A DNA stretch of 35,792 bases from a virus. Taxonomy: Duplodnaviria > Caudoviricetes. This document shows, one piece after another, positions 26,477-33,809 of this stretch. The position numbers were made by a program, and so were the translations under genes. The notes beneath the pieces are model-generated. The model ran no database searches and was not told where the DNA came from. It saw only the letters and a list, made by a program, of their open reading frames with translations. Positions within the stretch are counted from its first letter, which is position 1; every line of letters begins with the position of its first letter. Location: the IMG/VR virus record IMGVR_UViG_3300046779_000236, positions 1-35,792 of that record. One strand, 5' to 3'.

Positions 26477-27019
26477 ATGCCTTACAAAGTAAACAACAGA
26501 GTGCTACCTTTAGATGTAGCTTTTACATTAAATGAAATCCAGTATCCAAATAACTTTTTGCGATTGGCTACTGAATCTGAGAAAGAAGCTCTAGGCATTA
26601 CTTGGGAAGCTGACCCAGTTCGTGCTTCAGATGTATTCTATTGGAATGGTGACATCAATCTTCCTAAAGCCCTAGAAGATAAAGAAGAAGTAGATGAAAA
26701 TGGTCAGCCATTGTATGTAAAAGTATTAGACAAGACAGACCCTGAGAATCCAGTAATGGTAGACAGCGATAAGCGATTAGTGACTAAAGGTCTTAAATCT
26801 GTATTTATTGCCCAAGTTAAACAAACTGCTGGCTCAATCCTAGCTCAGACTGATTGGATGGTTACTCGTAAAGCTGATATTGGCACAGACATTCCTGCAT
26901 CAGTAGTGGCTTATCGTGCATCAGTAAGAGCTAAGGCTGATGAATTAGAAGCTAGTATCTCTGCTGTAACTTCTGTAGAATCTCTAGCAAGCCTAGATTT
27001 AAGTTTTCCACAGGAGTGA
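26477..27019 (+). CDS. tail fibre assembly chaperone-like protein
   Basis: QYPNNFLRL...LAQTDWMVTR...YRASVR motif; follows the fibre gene. Confidence 0.7.
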   Translation: MPYKVNNRVLPLDVAFTLNEIQYPNNFLRLATESEKEALGITWEADPVRASDVFYWNGDINLPKALEDKEEVDENGQPLYVKVLDKTDPENPVMVDSDKRLVTKGLKSVFIAQVKQTAGSILAQTDWMVTRKADIGTDIPASVVAYRASVRAKADELEASISAVTSVESLASLDLSFPQE

Positions 27020-27023
27020 TTAA

Positions 27024-27236
27024 ATGGAAGATAGTGGCATTGACTTATACAAATATGGCAAGCTAGTTGCTACTGTAGAGTCTTTAGAAAAGAAAGTAGA
27101 CAAGCTAGAAGCTGGCATGGAAGAACTTCTAGAGCTTGCCAATAAAGGCAGGGGTGGGTTCTGGGCTGGCATGGCTGTAGTTAGTGCCATTTCTTCAATT
27201 ATTGGATTTATAGCTCATTGGTGGGGTGCTAAGTGA
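27024..27236 (+). CDS. small coiled-coil protein with C-terminal TM helix (holin/antiholin-like)
   Basis: Coiled coil, then ANKGRGGFW, then one TM segment. Confidence 0.6.
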   Translation: MEDSGIDLYKYGKLVATVESLEKKVDKLEAGMEELLELANKGRGGFWAGMAVVSAISSIIGFIAHWWGAK

Positions 27237-27682
27237 AACAAGTATTATTTTCAATCATGCTAGGCTTACCCCTAGCATTTTTTTTGTCTAATGTAAAAGC
27301 AGAGCCTATTGTTACAGAATCTACTGCTAAGACAAAGGTAGAGTCTCCGCCACCTTCTGCTATTTCTCCTAACATTACATCCATCAATAACAAGATGTGT
27401 TCTAGTGGTGTAGCTGCTGCTGTTCAGACTCAAATCTTTGGTATTTCTATGGGTACGACAGTTAGAGATGCTAACTGTGAGATGCTTCTAAAGGCTGAGT
27501 CTTTATTCAATATGCAGATGAAAACTGCTGCTGTATCTGTAATGTGCCAAGACTCTGCTTTATGGTGGGGTATGTGGGATGCAGGTACATACTGTCCAGT
27601 AGAAGGAAAAGTAGGGATTGAAGCTAAGAACTATTGGCTTGCTAATCCTAATATGATTCCTGACAGACCTAAAATCAAATGA
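27233..27682 (+). CDS. exported Cys-containing protein of unknown function
   Basis: Signal peptide ending VKA|E; SPPPSAISP; four Cys residues (C...DANC...MCQD...AGTYCP). Confidence 0.7.
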   Translation: MKQVLFSIMLGLPLAFFLSNVKAEPIVTESTAKTKVESPPPSAISPNITSINNKMCSSGVAAAVQTQIFGISMGTTVRDANCEMLLKAESLFNMQMKTAAVSVMCQDSALWWGMWDAGTYCPVEGKVGIEAKNYWLANPNMIPDRPKIK

Positions 27683-28887
27683 GATGGATTATTGCCTTTC
27701 TAGCCTGTATTGGCATAGCACAGGCACAAATTATTCAGCATCAAATATCAGATGATAGTTTCGCCCATATTCCTCTACAGTTTCCTTTTCCTCTCTATGG
27801 TCGCATCTTTACTGATTCTTATATGTTCAGTAATGGCGTTGTGGGATTTGGCTCTGTAAATAACCATTGGTGTTGTTCTGGATTTGACTTAACTAGAAGT
27901 CAAGGCTATCAGTTTAATTACTCGATTATGCCTTTGCAGACTGACCTAATTAACTATGGGTCAGGCAGATTCCTAACTGAAGGAACTCCACAGTATCAGC
28001 GTTATTACTGGGAGAATATCTCAGAATATGGTGCGCCTAATAATCTAAATACTTTTGGTGTTGAGATTAGACCTAGTGGCTACATTGGTATGCACTATAA
28101 CCAAGTCAATATTAGCACTTGGAGACCAGTTACCATTGGTGTAACAGGAGATACAGCGCTTGGTGAGTTTTCCCAGATTTATCATGGAAATGGATTTTCA
28201 CAGGGAAATTTCAACCATATCATAGACTCAACAGGTAATATCTGCGCCAGTAATCCGTTAGCAAGTCCAACCTGCGCTGGATACCAAGAGGCATACCTAG
28301 CTCAACAATGCTCTATAAGCTCTTTATACAGCCCTAGTTGCCCTAATTATGCTCAGGCATACCACGACCAGCAATGTAGTTTAAATCCTCTCTATGACAG
28401 GAATTGCACAGGCTATGCAGAAGCCTATGCTTTAGCCAATGTTGTTGCGCCTAGTGTTCCAGTAATACAAACTACAGGCTCAGTAGAAACCCCTATAGTT
28501 TCAGACCCAGTAGTAAACCAAGTAATTTCTACTCCTTCTGCTACAAGCCAAACTAGTCCTACTAGTGTAGTTGCTAGACAAAACACAGCTAGTCAGACAA
28601 CTAGTCAGGTAGCTACCCAACCAGAGAAGAAAGAAGAAAAAAAGGATGAGCCAAAAGCTCAACCAAAGATACAGCCAAAAACTGCAAAGAGTGAAGTAGC
28701 CAAGGATTCTGCTCCTGTTGTTGTTGATAGACCAATGGCTCAACCAGTTCAAATATTGGACTTAATGTTTGTAAAAATGGTTACTAAGCCAATTAAAGAC
28801 AATGGCAAGGCATATTACTTTTTAACTAAAAACAGTCAAATTAAGCATGAGGAGATGGTAGATGAGCAGTATCGAAAAAGAGATTAG
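27679..28887 (+). CDS. exported protein with a beta-rich N-domain and Cys repeats
   Basis: Signal peptide ending AQA|Q; LQFPFPLYG...SNGVVGF; three C-x8-C-x-x-Y repeats; Ser/Thr/Pro linker and Lys/Glu patch. Confidence 0.7.
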   Translation: MRWIIAFLACIGIAQAQIIQHQISDDSFAHIPLQFPFPLYGRIFTDSYMFSNGVVGFGSVNNHWCCSGFDLTRSQGYQFNYSIMPLQTDLINYGSGRFLTEGTPQYQRYYWENISEYGAPNNLNTFGVEIRPSGYIGMHYNQVNISTWRPVTIGVTGDTALGEFSQIYHGNGFSQGNFNHIIDSTGNICASNPLASPTCAGYQEAYLAQQCSISSLYSPSCPNYAQAYHDQQCSLNPLYDRNCTGYAEAYALANVVAPSVPVIQTTGSVETPIVSDPVVNQVISTPSATSQTSPTSVVARQNTASQTTSQVATQPEKKEEKKDEPKAQPKIQPKTAKSEVAKDSAPVVVDRPMAQPVQILDLMFVKMVTKPIKDNGKAYYFLTKNSQIKHEEMVDEQYRKRD

Positions 28888-29287
28888 TGTAGCTGGCTTT
28901 AGCTTTAAGCTAACTAGCAAGCTAATGGTTATGGTGGTTTCAATAGCTCCAGTAGTAGGCGGTGCTTTCTGGGGTGCTTTTGAGTTCTATAACGACTATA
29001 TGAGTATGCGTTCTGCTATCAAGAACTATGTATCTCCTGACTTTACTGAATATGACAAGAAGTTAGCTTTGATGGAAGAATCAACTAACAAAGTCAATGA
29101 CTACACAAGAGACATCAAGAACGACATCAAGAATGATGTTCGCAGACTTGAGAAAGTCGTAGAGCAAGTAGAACGAGATGGCAAACAGTTATCTAGAGAA
29201 GTAGACAAAGACTTACGAGAGATGCGTAAAGAAGTAGATAACAAGATTAAACGAGCTTTAGATAACCCATTAGCAAACAAGGACTGA
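28862..29287 (+). CDS. N-terminal TM plus coiled-coil protein
   Basis: TM segment LMVMVVSIAPVVGGAFWGAF followed by a long charged coiled coil ending ALDNPLA. Confidence 0.7.
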   Translation: MSSIEKEISVAGFSFKLTSKLMVMVVSIAPVVGGAFWGAFEFYNDYMSMRSAIKNYVSPDFTEYDKKLALMEESTNKVNDYTRDIKNDIKNDVRRLEKVVEQVERDGKQLSREVDKDLREMRKEVDNKIKRALDNPLANKD

Positions 29288-29289
29288 TT

Positions 29290-29772
29290 ATGCTTACAAT
29301 TCTATCAACAGTAGTTTCATTTTTAATGGGCGGTGTGCCTAAATTATTAGACATCTGGCAAGATAAATCTGACAAGAAGCATGAGCTTGAATTAGCTCGT
29401 ATGCAGACTGAAAGAGAAATGCAGATGATGGAGAGAGGTTATGCAGCTCAAGCTAAAATTGAAGAAATTAGAACAGACCAAATCGCAATACAGTCAGAGG
29501 CTCAAACTCACATGGCACTTCTTCAGCATGATATTGAATCAGCTAAAGGAGCTTCTTTATGGGTTATCAATGCAAGGGCTATGGTTCGTCCTGCTATTAC
29601 TTATGGTATGTTTGCTCTGCTTGTATTTGTTGATATTTTCGGCTTTTTATATGCTTTTAAAACTGGTGTTGCTTTTGATACAGCGTTAAATTTATTATGG
29701 GATGATGATTCTCAGCAAATATTTGCTAGTATTATTGCTTTCTATTTTGGCGGTCAGGCATTTAAAAAATGA
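29290..29772 (+). CDS. putative holin (3TM, GTA-holin-like)
   Basis: N-terminal hydrophobic helix; DKKHELEL; WVINARAMVRPAITY; IIAFYFG; adjacent to the endolysin. Confidence 0.7.
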   Translation: MLTILSTVVSFLMGGVPKLLDIWQDKSDKKHELELARMQTEREMQMMERGYAAQAKIEEIRTDQIAIQSEAQTHMALLQHDIESAKGASLWVINARAMVRPAITYGMFALLVFVDIFGFLYAFKTGVAFDTALNLLWDDDSQQIFASIIAFYFGGQAFKK

Positions 29773-30248
29773 ATGTAAGTGATAAATGTTTAGAGTTAAT
29801 CCGCCATCATGAGGGGGTCAGGACTAAGCCATATCAATGCCCAGCATTGCTTTGGTCTGTAGGAGTCGGTCATTTAATTGACCCAAATCATGTTAAAGTT
29901 CCATTAGCTGAAAGAAAGGCTTTACCTATTCCTGATGGCTGGAACAGAACTCTATCAATGGATGAAGTCAATGAAATACTTAAAAAAGACCTTGCTCGCT
30001 TTGTATCTGGGGTGGTTAGACTTTGCCCTGCTACTGTTAATAATCAGAGCCATCTAGACGCTTTAACTTCCTTCTCTTTCAATGTCGGACTAGGAAATCT
30101 GCAAAGAAGCCAAGTAAGAATGAAATACAATCGTGGAGATTATGAAGGCGCTATGGATGAGCTTTTGACATGGAATAAAGCTGGTGGTAAAGTCCTCAAG
30201 GGATTAGATAACCGAAGAAAAGACGAGAAAGCCTTATTTTTGTCATAA
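29769..30248 (+). CDS. endolysin, GH24 phage lysozyme
   Basis: HEG-x7-C-x5-S catalytic triad variant; DALTSFSFNVGLG; WNKAGGKVLKGLDNRRKDE. Confidence 0.92.
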   Translation: MNVSDKCLELIRHHEGVRTKPYQCPALLWSVGVGHLIDPNHVKVPLAERKALPIPDGWNRTLSMDEVNEILKKDLARFVSGVVRLCPATVNNQSHLDALTSFSFNVGLGNLQRSQVRMKYNRGDYEGAMDELLTWNKAGGKVLKGLDNRRKDEKALFLS

Positions 30249-30268
30249 TTAACTAGGATACTAGGCAG

Positions 30269-30610
30269 ATGAAATTAGTTACTCCACAAACTGTTCAAGC
30301 GGTCTACGAGATGTTAATTCAACTGCCACCTTTTAATCGGTGGAATCTACCACCATCTAAACAAGTAGGGTTTGAGGTACATAAAGACCCTACCTGCTTG
30401 GGTGAATACGAGCCAGAACCCCATGTCATTAGAATCTCTGAGGCTAAGAATGGGCATCTGGATACTGTTGTTAAAACTGTAGCCCATGAAATTATTCATA
30501 TGAGGCTATACCTAAAGGGCAGTAAGTCTTGGGATAAGCATGATGCTAGTTTCAATGAGTTATCTCATAAGATTGCAGTCCAATTAGGATTTGACCCCAA
30601 GGAATTGTAA
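30269..30610 (+). CDS. SprT-like zinc metallopeptidase
   Basis: TVAHEIIH (HExxH) plus downstream H-D-x-x-F. Confidence 0.75.
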   Translation: MKLVTPQTVQAVYEMLIQLPPFNRWNLPPSKQVGFEVHKDPTCLGEYEPEPHVIRISEAKNGHLDTVVKTVAHEIIHMRLYLKGSKSWDKHDASFNELSHKIAVQLGFDPKEL

Positions 30611-31611
30611 TGGCGATTGAGACTTGTTCTGAAGAAAAGTTTATTTCATTATTTAATGAATTAGGTTCTCCACAAGCAGTAGCTAATACTTTAGGCATCA
30701 ATGTCAGGAATGTCTATAAAAGAAGGAATAATCTTCTTAAAAAAGGTATTGTTCTGCAAACTACTAATTACAGTCGTTGCACCATTGAGTTTAATCAAGA
30801 GCTAGTTAGACAAAAGATGCAACAGCGACTAGAGGCTACTCGCCATTCAGTCCGCAGAGGAATCACAATGGAGAAGGGCAGAATCCTAGTATTCTCAGAT
30901 GCTCACTTCTACCCAGATGATGAAACTACTGCTTTCAGAGCATTGCTAGAGTGCATCAAAGAATTTAAGCCTGAAGTCATTGTGTGTAACGGAGATGCCT
31001 TTGATGGCGCATCTATTAGCCGACATCCTAGAATTGGATGGGATTCTAAGCCTACAGTCAAACAAGAGCTAGAAGCTGTTACAGACCATATGAACCAGAT
31101 TGAGTCTGCATCTACTTTTAAATCTAATCTTATCTGGACTCTAGGTAACCACGATTCTCGCTTTGAGACATTCCTAGCTGCCAATGCTCCTCAATATGAA
31201 GGAGTGCAAGGCTTTTGTCTAAAAGACTTCTTCCCTACTTGGCAACCATGCTGGTCTTACTGGGTTAATGACCATACAGTTATCAAGCATATGTGGAAGG
31301 GTGGATTCTCAGCAGGTAGAGCAAATGCCTTAAATTCTGGTGTCAATATGATTACTGGTCACACTCACAATATGGCAGTTCAGCCTATTACAGATTACAA
31401 AGGCACTCGCTATGGTGTGCAAACAGGTATGCTTGCTAATCCTGATGGTGAACAATTTGTAGACTATACCCAAGATGGCTGTAAAGATTGGCGGTCTGGT
31501 TTTGCTATGCTAACCATTGATAGAGGTCAATTGCTGATGCCTGAGCTTATCCAAGTATGGGATGAGGAAAAAGGTGAAGTTCAGTTCAGAGGTAAGATTT
31601 GGAATGTCTAG
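30610..31611 (+). CDS. calcineurin-like metallophosphoesterase with N-terminal HTH
   Basis: SDAH, NGDAFD, GNHD, H and GHTH motifs; N-terminal VANTLGINVRNVYKR HTH. Confidence 0.85.
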   Translation: MAIETCSEEKFISLFNELGSPQAVANTLGINVRNVYKRRNNLLKKGIVLQTTNYSRCTIEFNQELVRQKMQQRLEATRHSVRRGITMEKGRILVFSDAHFYPDDETTAFRALLECIKEFKPEVIVCNGDAFDGASISRHPRIGWDSKPTVKQELEAVTDHMNQIESASTFKSNLIWTLGNHDSRFETFLAANAPQYEGVQGFCLKDFFPTWQPCWSYWVNDHTVIKHMWKGGFSAGRANALNSGVNMITGHTHNMAVQPITDYKGTRYGVQTGMLANPDGEQFVDYTQDGCKDWRSGFAMLTIDRGQLLMPELIQVWDEEKGEVQFRGKIWNV

Positions 31612-31814
31612 GTAAAAACCCTAATAACACCTACAAAATAGATAAGAACTGCTACAAGCTCTACAATCAACAAAGCATAGTCTCTGTATATGTAGCCTTG
31701 GACTGTCCATAAAAAACTGCCTATAAGCCCAAATAACAAGTTTAAAGGGTATATATTTAGGCTAGTCAGGGCTATACCTATGAGACAAAGTATAGTTCCT
31801 GACCATCTAATCAT
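31608..31814 (-). CDS. small multi-TM membrane protein
   Basis: 68 aa, almost entirely hydrophobic; NIYPLN motif; last gene of the leftward operon. Confidence 0.7.
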   Translation of the reverse strand: MIRWSGTILCLIGIALTSLNIYPLNLLFGLIGSFLWTVQGYIYRDYALLIVELVAVLIYFVGVIRVFT

Positions 31815-31912
31815 TTTTGCTTGGCTAAAAACTCAGCCATAGTTTGTCTAATAGCTTCTCTTACTACTGCTAATTCATCTTCTGATAGTGTGAAGTCAGG
31901 ATTTAGTGTCAT
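31811..31912 (-). CDS. small hypothetical protein (33 aa)
   Basis: Manual translation MTLNPDFTLSEDELAVVREAIRQTMAEFLAKQK; ATGA overlaps at both ends. Confidence 0.6.
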   Translation of the reverse strand: MTLNPDFTLSEDELAVVREAIRQTMAEFLAKQK

Positions 31913-32223
31913 TTCTTCTTTGCTTTCTTTACTATAGTTTCTTTATAAACCTGCATAAGATTAGAAAATCTTTCATCAAGTTTGCTCTCAATGTCTTTCA
32001 TAATGTCGTATGCAGACCACAATGCTCCAGACTCATCTTCAATAAGTCTTTCAGCGCAGATGTAAATTATAGAACGACAACTATTTAGCTTGGTAGTCAA
32101 TTCATCAATTTTATTGATTTCATCCCAAAAAATATTTCTATAGACTTCTTCAAGTTCTATAACTCCTTCATATTTAAGACCTAAATTATCTCCGCATTTT
32201 TTGCAGATTAAAACATTGTTCAT
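31909..32223 (-). CDS. hypothetical protein (104 aa, N-terminal CxxC)
   Basis: ORF track; bounded by junction repeats. Confidence 0.7.
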   Translation of the reverse strand: MNNVLICKKCGDNLGLKYEGVIELEEVYRNIFWDEINKIDELTTKLNSCRSIIYICAERLIEDESGALWSAYDIMKDIESKLDERFSNLMQVYKETIVKKAKKK

Positions 32224-32239
32224 TTCTCACTCGCTTTCT

Positions 32240-32329
32240 TTATTTAGCAACTACAAATATTCCTGTTGCAAACATATAAATCGTAAATGCAACTCCAAGC
32301 ATGAACCACATAAAAAAACTATCTTTCAT
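32240..32329 (-). CDS. small hydrophobic peptide (29 aa)
   Basis: Manual translation MKDSFFMWFMLGVAFTIYMFATGIFVVAK; starts at a junction ATGA. Confidence 0.55.
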   Translation of the reverse strand: MKDSFFMWFMLGVAFTIYMFATGIFVVAK

Positions 32330-32442
32330 TTCTCTCTCTCTTTCTTTAGCTTTTGTTCAGAAGCATATCTACTATGCAACTGAAAAGAACAAATACCATA
32401 TACGACCCATCCGATTATTTCTAAAATATCGTATTGGCTCAT
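32326..32442 (-). CDS. small hypothetical protein (38 aa)
   Basis: Manual translation MSQYDILEIIGWVVYGICSFQLHSRYASEQKLKKEREK; runs from one junction to the next. Confidence 0.55.
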   Translation of the reverse strand: MSQYDILEIIGWVVYGICSFQLHSRYASEQKLKKEREK

Positions 32443-32753
32443 TTATCACTCGCTTTCTTTAGTGCATCTTCAAGGATTCTTTTATACCTTGGCACCTCTG
32501 TAATCTTTAAATAGTTTTCAGCTAATTCTCTAGGTATAACAACATCCTCATCACTCAACTCTCTTGGTGATTGCCATAGAACATCTTTAACGCTGTGTTC
32601 ATCATCAATCAAGGTAATAGCAATGATTTTTCCATCAACATCTCTAACAGTTGCAACATCCAAATTAGGTGCTGTGTAGAGTGGGATTGGACATACATCT
32701 GACTCAGCAAAACTTAAACAGAATTTTCCATCAGTCCATGCAACAGGTTTCAT
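32439..32753 (-). CDS. hypothetical mosaic protein (KPVAW...PLYTAP...RELSDE...LKKASDK)
   Basis: ORF track; AAGGAG SD. Confidence 0.75.
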   Translation of the reverse strand: MKPVAWTDGKFCLSFAESDVCPIPLYTAPNLDVATVRDVDGKIIAITLIDDEHSVKDVLWQSPRELSDEDVVIPRELAENYLKITEVPRYKRILEDALKKASDK

Positions 32754-32893
32754 CTAAATAAACTCCTTAAAAGTATCTCTGCTTGAATCACAGCTATTCT
32801 GTGTTGTTTTTTTACAACAAAACTACCATTAGGCATCTTTGCTTCCAAAAGTTCTTTAAGTCTATCTGCCAAGTCTGGTGGGTAAACTATCAT
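32750..32893 (-). CDS. small hypothetical protein (47 aa)
   Basis: Manual translation MIVYPPDLADRLKELLE...LLRSLFR; ATGA overlaps at both ends. Confidence 0.55.
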   Translation of the reverse strand: MIVYPPDLADRLKELLEAKMPNGSFVVKKQHRIAVIQAEILLRSLFR

Positions 32894-33069
32894 GGAGCAA
32901 GCCTCTTGCAAGAGTAGGCAAAGTCACCGATTCTGAACGCATACATTACTGCACAATCTTTAGCAATGATGGCATAACTGAAATAACCACCAACAATATG
33001 CCCAAGCATGAAAACAACCAGTAGAGTGATGGCAGAAAATTTAATTTTTTCGTAAAACCTTTTGAGCAT
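32890..33069 (-). CDS. small single-TM protein with two C-terminal Cys
   Basis: ORF track 32890..33075; ATG 33069 behind AAGGAAGGA. Confidence 0.6.
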   Translation of the reverse strand: MLKRFYEKIKFSAITLLVVFMLGHIVGGYFSYAIIAKDCAVMYAFRIGDFAYSCKRLAP

Positions 33070-33110
33070 TTGCAATTCCTTCCTTGGATACAGTCTTGAT
33101 TACAAGTCAT
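32946..33110 (-). CDS. small Cys-rich plus TM protein (54 aa), overlapping frame
   Basis: Manual translation MTCNQDCIQGRNCKC...YWLFSCLGILLVVISVMPSLLKIVQ; starts 1 nt after the upstream stop. Confidence 0.45.
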   Translation of the reverse strand: MTCNQDCIQGRNCKCSKGFTKKLNFLPSLYWLFSCLGILLVVISVMPSLLKIVQ

Positions 33111-33111
33111 A

Positions 33112-33465
33112 TTAAATTTCAGCTATTGGGTTAAAAAGCCAAGAAGCAGCTTCATCTGGTCTTGGTGTGAACTTATATGATTTCTTAATTGGTTCTCTTG
33201 CTTTTGGCTTTAATAATCTTGATGGCTTAACAACATCTGGAAAGTCCCCTGTCATATAGTGAACTGTGTAAGCTCCAATGTTATTTGTGCCATATCTAGC
33301 AATGTGTATCTTCTTTTTAATTCGTAACTCTGTAATGTATTTAGATACAGACTTTGGACTCATGTTTACAGCATCAGCCATTTGATGCACATTCATTGGC
33401 TCTTTTTGCATACGCAATAAAAGATAAGTAATTCTTTTTTCTTTTTGTTCGTCAATCTTTCTCAT
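33112..33465 (-). CDS. winged-HTH DNA-binding protein
   Basis: PMNVHQMADAVNMSPKSVSKYITELR...IHI motif; AAAGG SD. Confidence 0.75.
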   Translation of the reverse strand: MRKIDEQKEKRITYLLLRMQKEPMNVHQMADAVNMSPKSVSKYITELRIKKKIHIARYGTNNIGAYTVHYMTGDFPDVVKPSRLLKPKAREPIKKSYKFTPRPDEAASWLFNPIAEI

Positions 33466-33482
33466 ATTAAACCTTTCAAAAC

Positions 33483-33550
33483 TGGGCTACTCGCTGCGTC
33501 TGGTCGGCTAAGTAGTCTCAACCCAAATACCCAGCATCCGCTTTCGCCCA
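33483..33550 (-). ncRNA. candidate structured ncRNA (extended hairpin with loop-E-like internal loop)
   Basis: GC-rich intergenic island: UGGGC-GAAA-GCGGAUGCUGG...GGUUGAG-ACUA-CUUAGCC...CCAGACGCAGCG-AGUA-GCCCA. Confidence 0.55.
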
Positions 33551-33563
33551 TTGTTATATTACA

Positions 33564-33809
33564 TCAGAATGGCACATCTTGGTCTAATTCTGCTGCTGGA
33601 GTTGCTGTAGGATTCTGACCTACTTCTCGCTTCTCTAAGTCAGCAAAATAAATCCATCCGTCAAAAGGAACAGGTAGAGATTCAATCTTTAGCATCTCTC
33701 CTTTACCAGTTTCCAATAAAACACCTACATTGACATAGCGAGTCTTTTCTTCACCTTGCTTGTTTGTGTAAGTACCTGCTTTAGCTTTTAGTTGCTTCTT
33801 AACTGCCAT
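33564..33809 (-). CDS. single-stranded DNA-binding protein-like
   Basis: Small beta-rich domain with C-terminal acidic DQDVPF tail; follows exonuclease and recombinase. Confidence 0.65.
   Translation of the reverse strand: MAVKKQLKAKAGTYTNKQGEEKTRYVNVGVLLETGKGEMLKIESLPVPFDGWIYFADLEKREVGQNPTATPAAELDQDVPF

Larger units (their letters stand above)
31909..32462 (-). repeat. four copies of a roughly 23-bp gene-junction motif TAAAGAAAG(C/A)RAG(T/A)..AAATGA
   Basis: Copies at 31909-31931, 32220-32242, 32326-32348 and 32439-32461. Confidence 0.8.

Noticed and set aside
29769-30248. Endolysin as inactive or SAR-type because of its E-C-S triad
   Set aside because: Cys for Asp is a known variant, Ser for Thr is conservative, and there is no N-terminal hydrophobic SAR segment.
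31909-32462. Junction repeats as a mini-CRISPR array or integron attC sites
   Set aside because: Spacing is irregular (106-311 bp), the intervening DNA consists of ORFs, the repeats are not palindromic, and there is no integrase.
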